Shown in pieces: positions 50,826-57,752 of a stretch of 64,000 bases of DNA. The stretch is from a virus. The notes under the pieces were generated by a model. That model was not told the DNA's origin. It saw nothing but the letters and a program-made list of their open reading frames with translations, and did no database searches. The translations under genes and the position numbers were made by a program. Position 1 is the first letter of the stretch. Each line of letters opens with the position of its first letter. Location of the stretch: IMG/VR virus record IMGVR_UViG_3300041955_000531; one strand, given 5' to 3'.

Positions 50826-50984
50826 TTAAGACTTTGTTGTACCTGGCAGGATGTTCTTGATCCATGCTAGGATACTATCAACGCGCGCGATGAAGTTAGG
50901 ATAGTGCTGCTGGAACTTCATGCCGCCAAAGAAAACAAGAAGGGTAAGAATCCCTTCCACTACAACCTTGAGAAGTGTGAACAT
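50826..50984 (-). CDS. Small membrane protein (52 aa)
   Basis: AGGAG RBS before MFTLLKVVVEG; one TM segment. Confidence 0.65.
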   Translation of the reverse strand: MFTLLKVVVEGILTLLVFFGGMKFQQHYPNFIARVDSILAWIKNILPGTTKS

Positions 50985-51070
50985 AACGTCTCCTAAACTC
51001 TGGCTACGCTTCGGCTCGAGGCGCCCACGTAGCCATGCGATGTGTCCTCGCTTAGACACATCTAAACTGT

Positions 51071-51145
51071 TGGTAGTCTCGGCGAGATTCGAACTCGCGT
51101 GACCAGCTTGAGAAGCTGGCATCCTCGCCACTAGATGACGTGACC
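51071..51145 (-). tRNA. tRNA-Glu(CTC)
   Basis: Loop TT-CTC-AA, CCA. Confidence 0.92.
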
Positions 51146-51154
51146 ACCGAAAAC

Positions 51155-51190
51155 TGGCGGGACCAACGGGATTTGAACCCGTGATCCTGC
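51155..51190 (-). pseudogene. 3' remnant of an Asp-like tRNA
   Basis: GCAGG-ATC-ACGGG-TTCAAAT-CCCGT-TGGTCCC-GCCA: T arm and acceptor strand only. Confidence 0.8.
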
Positions 51191-51197
51191 TAAATCT

Positions 51198-51272
51198 TGG
51201 CGGAACCAGCGGGAATCGAACCCGCATCCCACCCGTGACAGGGGTGCGTCATAGCCATTAGACCATGGCTCC
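51198..51272 (-). tRNA. tRNA-Asp(GTC)
   Basis: Loop CT-GTC-AC, GCCA end; its first 15 nt overlap the HNH ORF end. Confidence 0.95.
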
Positions 51273-51593
51273 GTGATGTTTCATTCGGTGATGGTTAGCA
51301 CACAGGATGTCACACTTAGCTATTTCTTCCTGGATGCGTTTCAACGACCATCCCTTACGATTAAAGGAGCCGATCTCGAAAGACTTCTGCGCAGGATTTC
51401 TGTGATGGAAATCCAAGGCACTTGGGTGTTCTTTGAAACCACATACCTTGCAGCCTCTCTCGAGTTTATAGTCTTCGATCCACTTCTTGTTCCGAGCTAT
51501 CCGTAGCTTATCACACTTGCGGACGGCTTTCAAATGCTTCTTGCGATTCGCTGGATTACTATACCACTTCTTCCAAGCTTCTTGATTACTCAT
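51258..51593 (-). CDS. HNH endonuclease
   Basis: GCKVCG...LDFHHRNP...EIAKCDILCANHH; GAGGAG RBS. Confidence 0.9.
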   Translation of the reverse strand: MSNQEAWKKWYSNPANRKKHLKAVRKCDKLRIARNKKWIEDYKLERGCKVCGFKEHPSALDFHHRNPAQKSFEIGSFNRKGWSLKRIQEEIAKCDILCANHHRMKHHGAMV

Positions 51594-51596
51594 TGC

Positions 51597-52000
51597 TGCT
51601 CCTCGGATAGAGGAGTCAGCCTATCAACATCCCGCCATCGGCTAACCGCCGCGGTTTACCATCACGATTGCTTTGTCAAGGCAACCGATAAATACGAGGA
51701 TCTAACTGCAACACTCAAAGGCGACGCCAGCTCTCCCCCGTAATATGAGGGGGCACCAGCTTATGCAGTGGTGTCTGCAGCTCCTGCAGATCCAAGATGG
51801 GCGCGAGCAAGCCCGAAGCCTGACACTGTTCGGCTTTGGCCTCGGTAAGAGCGAGCAAAACAGTAAAAGGAACGCTCACTTACCCGCAAAGAACAACTGA
51901 CCTGAGTGATAAGTCTCACTCTATCCCGCGAGCGCTTTCCCAAACATCGGGCCGATGTAACGTCGCTTGCCGCTTTCCAAAGCGGCCAGGATAGAAGGAC
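51597..52000 (-). ncRNA. Candidate large structured ncRNA (about 400 nt), family unassigned
   Basis: No credible ORF; about ten hairpins visible by eye. Strand inferred from the surrounding operon. Confidence 0.6.
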
Positions 52001-52003
52001 TAC

Positions 52004-52171
52004 TCACTTACTACAGGTCAAACTCTTCAATCTTTCAATCTCGTTTGCTGCTTCTTCCAGAAGATCGGCGATACGATCAGGCTTGCCTTCCTGTACGCTC
52101 TTGCGTGTAGTTATCTGCCTTCGTATCTCGGCGCGCTTGCGCAGCCTGCTAATCAGATCTTCCGTACTCAT
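52004..52171 (-). CDS. Small phage hypothetical protein (55 aa), not in ORF track
   Basis: Hand translation MSTEDLISRLRKRAEIRRQITTRKSVQEGKPDRIADLLEEAANEIERLKSLTCSK; pattern recalled from other phages. Confidence 0.75.
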   Translation of the reverse strand: MSTEDLISRLRKRAEIRRQITTRKSVQEGKPDRIADLLEEAANEIERLKSLTCSK

Positions 52172-52176
52172 AAACT

Positions 52177-52250
52177 TGGTCCCTTGGGATGGGCTCGAAC
52201 CATCATCTCCTGATCTTCAGTCAGGGGTCCTACCATTGAACGACCGCGGG
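52177..52250 (-). tRNA. tRNA-Phe(GAA), atypical body
   Basis: Loop CT-GAA-GA; two acceptor-stem mismatches; CCA. Confidence 0.75.
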
Positions 52251-52252
52251 TT

Positions 52253-52341
52253 TGGAGGAAGGCCAGAGAATCGAACTCTGTCTCGCCTTTCGACGAGTCT
52301 CGGTTTTCGGGACCGTTGCCGACCATTCAGCGCTGCCCTCC
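52253..52341 (-). tRNA. tRNA-Ser(CGA), C33
   Basis: Loop CC-CGA-AA, long variable arm, TCCA end. Confidence 0.8.
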
Positions 52342-52347
52342 TAAACT

Positions 52348-52437
52348 TGGCGGAGGGTGTAGGATTTGAACCTACGCTGGCTTTCACCAGGCCTCAGGTT
52401 AGCAACCTGGCGCCTTTCCAAACTCAGCCAACCCTCC
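52348..52437 (-). tRNA. tRNA-Ser(GCT)
   Basis: Loop TT-GCT-AA, long variable arm, GCCA. Confidence 0.93.
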
Positions 52438-52506
52438 GAATACACGGGTAGATCGTGATGAGTTTCTACTACTCGAGTTGGCTGTTGCGTTCATCATACT
52501 AATCCT

Positions 52507-52584
52507 TGGCAGGCCAGGATGGATTTGAACCACCGTCATCGGTTTTGGAGACCGAGGTCCTGGGCCAGACTAAACGACCGGCCT
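52507..52584 (-). tRNA. tRNA-Trp(CCA)
   Basis: Loop CT-CCA-AA, GCCA. Confidence 0.95.
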
Positions 52585-52588
52585 GCGA

Positions 52589-52801
52589 TTAAACTATACC
52601 ACCGAATGGCGGCTGGCCAGCATCCACCAGCTTCTGTTCGAGAACCCTGATAGCGCATACGAGAGTCTTGATCAGATTCTCGTTATCGGTATCCTTGAAG
52701 GGTATGTCCAACAGTACTTCGCCACCAACTACACCGACAAAAGCTCTCTTCTGCTTTGTGTCGGGGTCTACTATTTCAGTTACGTATGATTCGATGATCA
52801 T
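52589..52801 (-). CDS. Hypothetical protein
   Basis: 70-aa ORF filling the gap between tRNAs, AAGGA RBS. Start approximate. Confidence 0.6.
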   Translation of the reverse strand: MIIESYVTEIVDPDTKQKRAFVGVVGGEVLLDIPFKDTDNENLIKTLVCAIRVLEQKLVDAGQPPFGGIV

Positions 52802-52811
52802 TGTCAGTCCT

Positions 52812-52848
52812 TGGTGGAGCAGATGGGAATCGAACCCTCTCTCAAAAC
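52812..52848 (-). pseudogene. 3' half of a disrupted tRNA-Ala
   Basis: GGG-TTCGATT-CCCAT-CTGCTCC-ACCA; acceptor strand is complementary to the 5' half at 53456-53499. Confidence 0.85.
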
Positions 52849-52886
52849 CTTATAGCTCCTATACTATTCAAATATAGAGGAGCTTT

Positions 52887-52962
52887 TGGTGGAGCATGCG
52901 AGATTTGAACTCGCCGCCTCCGCATTGCAAGTGCGGCGCTCTCCCAAATGAGCTAATGCCCC
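52887..52962 (-). tRNA. tRNA-Ala(TGC)
   Basis: GGGGCAT/ATGCTCC with G3.U70, loop CT-TGC-AA, ACCA. Confidence 0.97.
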
Positions 52963-52963
52963 A

Positions 52964-53455
52964 ATGAAAACTATAACACGAACCTGCTTAAATCCAAAAT
53001 GCAAGAAACAGTTTGAAGCTGAACTCCGAGAAGTACATCGCGGTAATGGTAAATATTGCTGTTTACAATGCTGCCTTAATCACATAAGACCAGTAGGTCG
53101 CACTTTACATACACTAACTTGTTCCTACTGCTTCAAAGAGTTTAAAGATGATCGACCCCTTGTGCCAGGTTTGCCTGATATTGTAGTGCCAGATATACTG
53201 CCTCGTCGATACTGTAGTCGGCAATGTAAGGATCTGAATCATAGAAATGATTGTCATGATGCTCGAACACTGGCGTTTCGCAACTTTCCACATAAATGCA
53301 ATCGCTGTAACTGGGATACAGAACCAGCGGTTCTGGAAGTTCATCACAAAGACCGCAACAGAGAAAACAATGAGCTATCTAATCTTGAACTACTTTGCCC
53401 AACTGATCATTGTTTAGATCACTTTCTTGCAAAAGATGGCAAGTGGCGCAAGTAA
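52964..53455 (+). CDS. HNH endonuclease with N-terminal Zn-finger modules
   Basis: CLNPKC, YCCLQC, CSYC, YCSRQC, then CNRC...LEVHHKDRNRENNELSNLELLCPTDH; AT-rich; the only clear + strand gene in the island. Confidence 0.92.
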   Translation: MKTITRTCLNPKCKKQFEAELREVHRGNGKYCCLQCCLNHIRPVGRTLHTLTCSYCFKEFKDDRPLVPGLPDIVVPDILPRRYCSRQCKDLNHRNDCHDARTLAFRNFPHKCNRCNWDTEPAVLEVHHKDRNRENNELSNLELLCPTDHCLDHFLAKDGKWRK

Positions 53456-53499
53456 CTTATGCTTGCAAAGCATCTGCGCTCCCGTTGCGCCACTGCCCC
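53456..53499 (-). pseudogene. 5' half of disrupted tRNA-Ala(TGC)
   Basis: GGGGCAG-TG-GCGC-AACGGGA-GCGC-A-GATGC-TT-TGC-AA-GCATA: acceptor strand, D arm and anticodon arm, then it stops. Confidence 0.88.
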
Positions 53500-53510
53500 A
53501 CGGAAAATCT

Positions 53511-53621
53511 AATCCTAGATTGACAGCCGGACCAGCGGCGATAAGGTATGTCCGGATTGTGCGCGGCTTTTCTGGTTAGTATCCTGCGTCTAACCATCCT
53601 ATTGACCGCCAATCTAGGGTT
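53511..53621 (-). ncRNA. Candidate structured RNA (about 110 nt)
   Basis: About 15-bp closing stem plus two internal hairpins (TGGTTAG/CTAACCA and CCGGAC/GTCCGG). Confidence 0.5.
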
Positions 53622-53652
53622 GATGACCAACTCAACTTGAGTTTGTCAAACT

Positions 53653-53730
53653 TGGTCGGGGAGGGAGGATTCGAACCTCCGTTCTCCTGAATCCGAATCA
53701 GGCGCCTTGGACCAGCTAGACCACTCCCCG
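53653..53730 (-). tRNA. tRNA-Pro(CGG)
   Basis: Loop TT-CGG-AT, ACCA. Confidence 0.93.
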
Positions 53731-53780
53731 ATACTAAACCTTTACGGTCGTTCGGGTCGTGGCTCTAGTCCGCGCGTCAT

Positions 53781-54134
53781 TTAGAAACTCATTCCTAGTA
53801 TCTTGCGATTACGGATCACCATAGCGGTTTCTCCGATCGCTACTGCTCCCCAAAAGATGTATGCGGCCGGCATGCTGTAGTAAGCAAAAGCCCCGCCTGC
53901 AAAAGTAACAAAGGCGCCTTCAAGGAAACAAGTCAAAGCTTGTCCTATCTTGCCGAAGAGCCAGCGATTCCAAGGACTCATTTCTTTATCGCCCTTGGAA
54001 AGGCCAATACCAGTATACCAGCAATCACCGAGCATGGCAACTATAGTATACACGTACACCAGGAACAGCCCTAGAGAATCCCAGAAGCCTGGCTGATTAG
54101 GCCACAAACGCGGATCATCGGGTAGTTGAAACAT
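53781..54134 (-). CDS. Membrane protein (DUF5658-like)
   Basis: DxxxT..GL..G.KE..P motif between TM segments; AAGGAG RBS. Confidence 0.65.
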   Translation of the reverse strand: MFQLPDDPRLWPNQPGFWDSLGLFLVYVYTIVAMLGDCWYTGIGLSKGDKEMSPWNRWLFGKIGQALTCFLEGAFVTFAGGAFAYYSMPAAYIFWGAVAIGETAMVIRNRKILGMSF

Positions 54135-54155
54135 TGTTTCTCCTTCTATAAACTC

Positions 54156-54245
54156 TGGTGGAGACGATAGGATTTGAACCTATTCTAGTCCCATTGGGAC
54201 CTGGGGTTACGGCCCAGTGCAGATCCCCGTCTCTGCTGCGCCTCC
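54156..54245 (-). tRNA. tRNA-Tyr(GTA), C33
   Basis: Loop CC-GTA-AC, long variable arm, ACCA; unusual 5-bp D stem. Confidence 0.85.
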
Positions 54246-54313
54246 ATGGAAGCGCACCTCTCCGTGCGCTCATTAAGCGCTACGATAACCGACTCCGCTG
54301 CTCTGTCCACCTT

Positions 54314-54631
54314 TCATGGTACATTCCTATAGTTGTTCACTGTGCAGTAGACGTGATAAGCTGCCTGGCACAAATACCCAACTCCAAATCCGTATCCTGC
54401 AGGTGTCCAGTAATGCGCTGCAATACCTGCTACAAGAACCTCGAGTGCTACGGCAATGCTGCTACGAACCCACATCCTCTTCACTGAAGGATCATCGGTG
54501 CCGTAGATCCAGATCATGATTCGATCTGCTTCAGTGTAACCTTTCCTCAGAAAGCGAGCTGTGCTGACTCCATCCGCTGTTGCAGCTGGGATCAGAATAC
54601 CCACTGCGATCTTGAGAAGCGTTGGTATCAT
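54314..54631 (-). CDS. Membrane protein, probably related to 53781..54134
   Basis: DGVSTARFLRKGYTEAD motif plus TM segments. Confidence 0.6.
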   Translation of the reverse strand: MIPTLLKIAVGILIPAATADGVSTARFLRKGYTEADRIMIWIYGTDDPSVKRMWVRSSIAVALEVLVAGIAAHYWTPAGYGFGVGYLCQAAYHVYCTVNNYRNVP

Positions 54632-54858
54632 TGCGCTGTCTTTCTCCTGTATTGACGAACCTTTTCGAAAACCCAGTTGACCGTTGAGTACGCGTGCTCA
54701 TCTTCTAACTTGTGATCCTCGATTAGGTGCACAGTCATTCGGTTGCACATGCCGCGAATAACACAGTGTTTGCAGAGTTCACAATCACGAAGCATCGGGA
54801 TGTCCGGATCGAACTGGGGTTTCTCTTTGAACCAACACAACAAAAATCCGAATGTCAT
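54628..54858 (-). CDS. Small protein with C2H2-like pattern
   Basis: Start moved to ATG 54858 outside the tRNA; CELC...HLIEDH. Confidence 0.55.
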   Translation of the reverse strand: MTFGFLLCWFKEKPQFDPDIPMLRDCELCKHCVIRGMCNRMTVHLIEDHKLEDEHAYSTVNWVFEKVRQYRRKTAQ

Positions 54859-54877
54859 CGTGCTCTCGCTATAAACT

Positions 54878-54962
54878 TGGTGTACCTGAGAGGATTCGAA
54901 CCTCCACGCCTTGCGGCACGCGGCTCTCAACCGCGGCTGGCTACCAGTTTCAGCACAGGTAC
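54878..54962 (-). tRNA. tRNA-Leu(GAG)
   Basis: Loop TT-GAG-AG, long variable arm, ACCA. Confidence 0.93.
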
Positions 54963-54963
54963 T

Positions 54964-55052
54964 TGGTGCTGAAGGAGAGATTCGAACTCTCACGGCTTTC
55001 TAGGGCCACAGGGGCTTGAGCCCTGCGCGGCTGCCAGTTACGCCACTCCAGC
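54964..55052 (-). tRNA. tRNA-Leu(CAA)
   Basis: Loop CT-CAA-GC, long variable arm, ACCA. Confidence 0.93.
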
Positions 55053-55065
55053 ACATCTATAAACT

Positions 55066-55144
55066 TGGTGCGCTGGGTGGGATTCGAACCCACAAAATCT
55101 CCTCGGTCTGAACGAGGCGGCTTTGCCATTTTGTCCACCAGCGC
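55066..55144 (-). tRNA. tRNA-Leu(CAG), short variable region
   Basis: Loop TT-CAG-AC, 7-nt unpaired variable region, ACCA. Confidence 0.88.
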
Positions 55145-55234
55145 CTTGAACTACAAGGTCCGGGGACGGCAGTCCGCGGGCCTGCTAACTAAGCAGGCCT
55201 AGCAATCGAATACATCCGCCCATTGTATCGTTCA

Positions 55235-55639
55235 TCATGATTCCATTGTATCACACTGCCAGGCGTTCAGGCCATGGAACAGTGACTTACCTTTCTTCCT
55301 CGAACAAAAGACTGCAACCGCGGTTAAGAGGGCTTCTTCTGTCTGATAGTACCCGGGGTTGGTATCGCGAAACTCTTCCCACGGTAGACGCGCGTGTGAG
55401 ATTTGATGACGGACTTTCTCCAGCTCGTTGCTGTCAACGACTTTGAGGATGATGGTTGTGTGCTCTTCATCAGGGTCCAGTTTAAGTCTCAACTTCAGTT
55501 TCGATACTACATGACATGCCTGGGCTATACAACGGCCGCAAGACATCGGAATAATCTCCCTCAGGAACATCGTAGGTGATATTACGAATGAAGGGAGAAT
55601 AACGTAAATCCTTTTTTCAACTACGGTGCCTGGGGCCAA
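55235..55639 (-). CDS. Peptidyl-tRNA hydrolase type 2 (Pth2)-like protein
   Basis: MSCGRCIAQACHV, TTIILKV, FRDT, LTAVAV. Confidence 0.8.
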   Translation of the reverse strand: MAPGTVVEKRIYVILPSFVISPTMFLREIIPMSCGRCIAQACHVVSKLKLRLKLDPDEEHTTIILKVVDSNELEKVRHQISHARLPWEEFRDTNPGYYQTEEALLTAVAVFCSRKKGKSLFHGLNAWQCDTMES

Positions 55640-55997
55640 GGACTCTACCTCTCAAAGCCATTCCAATCTTGGCTTTGTGTTCCTCAGACATAGGACCGCG
55701 TTTTGTTCCTGTCTGAGAACCACGGATCTTCGCTGCAATCGCTGGACTACCAGCTGTACGAATAGCATGACAGTTAGCGCAAACTAAATCGCACTTATCA
55801 GCCTCTCGTTTCAGTTCTTCAAGAGATCGATGTAATCCCGAGCTAATAGAAAAGAGTTTAGTACTCGGGTCACGATGATCAAAATGAAAGCAACAGTCAG
55901 GAAAGATATGATTGCAATCAAGACACTTGCCACCTTTGTAGAGAACAAGCTGATGTTTCTTCTCTTGGCGTTTACTCTTTAATCCTAACCATGTCAT
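55617..55997 (-). CDS. HNH endonuclease with C-terminal NUMOD3 motif
   Basis: KGGKCLDC...FDHRDP...EADKCDLVCANCH; MSEEHKAKIGMALRG. Confidence 0.9.
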   Translation of the reverse strand: MTWLGLKSKRQEKKHQLVLYKGGKCLDCNHIFPDCCFHFDHRDPSTKLFSISSGLHRSLEELKREADKCDLVCANCHAIRTAGSPAIAAKIRGSQTGTKRGPMSEEHKAKIGMALRGRVLGPRHRS

Positions 55998-56034
55998 TGC
56001 GCTTCTCTACTTTGGGCGTCTCTTTCATAAGCTT

Positions 56035-56110
56035 TGGCTGGAGCGGAAGGAATCGAACCTTCAAGTGGATGAGTAACAGTCATCTGCTGTACCGGTTGAG
56101 CCACACTCCA
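56035..56110 (-). tRNA. tRNA-Asn(GTT)
   Basis: Loop CT-GTT-AC, GCCA. Confidence 0.92.
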
Positions 56111-56448
56111 GTAGAATCTTTTAGTTGTAGGGAGCTAGCTCGCCAGGACGGCAAGCCGAAGAGGAGGGTTACTTACTCTTTGGTTGCGGTAATGGCTTCT
56201 GCGGCTTATACATATTGACTGTCGCCGCTGCTAGTCGTGTGGCCCCATGGTTGAACCATGAGGCCTTCCGAACTTTCTTCTTGCCGGCCATTACCGTTTC
56301 CGGTTAGGCTGACTTGACGCCCGAGTTTGCCACCTTCGGCTGAGTCGGCTTGATAGCCTTTGCCTTGTGTGTGGTCGGGGACGCGAAGATCGGGTCGCCT
56401 ATATACGGGGTCTTGCTAAGTTGTGCTGGGGGTGTCTTAGACCCGTTA

Positions 56449-56580
56449 CTATTCTTCATGTTGTTCTCCATTATTCTGTTTTTGCTTCTGTCGCCAGCCA
56501 CAATAGGGACAGACGAACTCGTCTTTCGGTTCCTTCTTTGAGGCTTGCTTATTGCATACAGGACACTTCATAGTACACAT
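56449..56580 (-). CDS. Small zinc-ribbon protein (43 aa)
   Basis: CPVC...CPYCG; GAGGT RBS. Confidence 0.6.
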   Translation of the reverse strand: MCTMKCPVCNKQASKKEPKDEFVCPYCGWRQKQKQNNGEQHEE

Positions 56581-56598
56581 AGCATACCTCTTGGATAT

Positions 56599-56733
56599 CA
56601 ATAGCGCACGGCTTACATGACAACCGCGCTGGCCTTCCGGTGGGCCAACTTCCAAATCGTCCAGCGTCCCGAACGATTCAGCACCTGCCCTCGGTGTACA
56701 GAGGGGCTACCTTGTCACTTTTCGCGCTACCAA
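56599..56733 (-). ncRNA. Candidate multibranch structured RNA (about 135 nt)
   Basis: Closing stems GGTAGCGCG/TGCGCTATT and TGACAA/TTGTCA enclosing three hairpins. Confidence 0.55.
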
Positions 56734-56737
56734 TCTT

Positions 56738-56849
56738 TGGAGCTCCAGGTGGGTTTTTCACCATACCGATTTTCACCGGCAACAGGAGTTTAGCCTGCCA
56801 CGACCCCCGGATTAGAAGTCCGGTGCTCTAATAACTGAGCTACTGAAGC
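56738..56849 (-). tRNA. tRNA-Arg(TCT)-like with a 36-nt structured insertion in the T arm
   Basis: Normal acceptor (GCTTCAG/CTGGAGC-TCCA), D arm and anticodon arm (CT-TCT-AA); 112 nt in total. Confidence 0.75.
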
Positions 56850-56868
56850 TAGAAGCCTTCTCAATCTC

Positions 56869-56944
56869 TGGAGCGGCTAATCGGATTCGAACCGATACAT
56901 CCTGCTTGGAAGGCAGGCATGCTGGCCGTTAACATCACAGCCGC
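56869..56944 (-). tRNA. tRNA-Gly(TCC)
   Basis: Loop CT-TCC-AA, TCCA. Confidence 0.95.
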
Positions 56945-56953
56945 TGGTCCCGA

Positions 56954-57076
56954 TTATCCCTTAAGAGGACCCACCGTGTACTTTGGTGATTGGTCGGGTC
57001 GAAAACCTTTCTTGAAGAACGGCGCGAAGTAAACAGCGCCCAGTAAAATAGTGCAAGTTATTGCATAAGCTAGCAT
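56954..57076 (-). CDS. Small membrane peptide (40 aa)
   Basis: ATG outside the tRNA; one TM segment; weak RBS. Confidence 0.45.
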   Translation of the reverse strand: MLAYAITCTILLGAVYFAPFFKKGFRPDQSPKYTVGPLKG

Positions 57077-57085
57077 AAGATCTCG

Positions 57086-57159
57086 TGGAGCGAAATGCCG
57101 GATTCGAACCGGCGCTCGAACCTTGGCAAGGTTCTGTACTACCACTATACGAATCCCGC
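57086..57159 (-). tRNA. tRNA-Gly(GCC)
   Basis: Loop TT-GCC-AA, TCCA. Confidence 0.93.
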
Positions 57160-57169
57160 TCATTCCCTA

Positions 57170-57181
57170 CTGATTAGTATA
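57170..57181 (-). promoter_or_regulatory. Promoter-like motif TATACTAATCAG
   Basis: Exact 12-mer 10 nt upstream of tRNA-Gly(GCC). Confidence 0.6.
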
Positions 57182-57355
57182 GTAGTTGCCTACGTATAAC
57201 TAACCAATAGAACCTACAACACTTATCTGATTTCACCAATCTACAGCGTATCTGAAAGCTTCCATCTCTTTCTATGGTGCGCAGCCGGAAAACAGCGCGC
57301 CACCATTTAGAGCAGGTAGGATAGATTGGATCGAACACAACCCATTATACCATAC

Positions 57356-57565
57356 TTAGATCAGCTTGGATGGCCCAAATGCGAATCTCTTGCCACCATT
57401 GGTTCCTTCGCTGATGGCGGGGCGGCTCATGAACTCCCATTGCTTTGTTGTATGGTTCCACGTTCGATTCACTCTGACGCCAAGCATCATCTTGGTGCCG
57501 CCAGCCAAGGTGACACCCTGACCCACTGATGGGCATTGCTTCGGTGCTGGTCTTCCTTGGTTCAT
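57356..57565 (-). CDS. Hypothetical protein
   Basis: GAGGT RBS; fills the gap downstream of tRNA-Thr. Confidence 0.5.
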   Translation of the reverse strand: MNQGRPAPKQCPSVGQGVTLAGGTKMMLGVRVNRTWNHTTKQWEFMSRPAISEGTNGGKRFAFGPSKLI

Positions 57566-57575
57566 TGTGACCTCG

Positions 57576-57660
57576 TGGAGCAGGGTGGAGGACTCGAACC
57601 TCCGTGGATTTTACTCGCCGCATTACAGGTGCGGTGCTGTCGCCACTGAGCCAACCCTGC
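57576..57660 (-). tRNA. tRNA-Thr(TGT), C33, long variable region
   Basis: Stem CCGCA/TGCGG, loop CC-TGT-AA; G1-C72, C2-G71 and U73 are compatible with Thr. Confidence 0.78.
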
Positions 57661-57671
57661 TAGTAATCTTG

Positions 57672-57745
57672 TGGCTGCCTTCGAAGGACTCGAACCTTCA
57701 TATCCAGCTCCAGAGGCTGGCGTCCTACCATTAAACGAGTAGGCA
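57672..57745 (-). tRNA. tRNA-Gln(CTG)
   Basis: Loop CT-CTG-GA, U1-A72, GCCA. Confidence 0.92.
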
Positions 57746-57752
57746 ACGGTAT

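Larger units (their letters stand above)
52849..53460. mobile_element. HNH + replacement tRNA-Ala cassette inserted in a tRNA-Ala(TGC) gene
   Basis: Flanked by the two matching tRNA halves and by a CTTAT direct repeat (52849-52853, 53456-53460). Confidence 0.7.

Noticed and set aside
51001-51060. HDV-like (theta) or hammerhead ribozymes downstream of tRNAs
   Set aside because: I could not build the nested double pseudoknot or a CTGATGA/GAAA core with proper stems by eye; a motif search would be needed.
51597-52000. Group I intron, RNase P RNA or HEARO assignment for the large structured regions (also 60573-60920)
   Set aside because: No P7 R/S consensus, no GAGGAAAGTCC P4 strand and no recognisable flanking exons; left unassigned.
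53511-53621. Superficial resemblance to 5S rRNA (TTGGCGGTCAATAG..., CGCCGCTGGT, GCTGTCAA)
   Set aside because: No loop E or helix IV-V arm and no exact CCGAAC; the internal hairpins do not fit the 5S fold.
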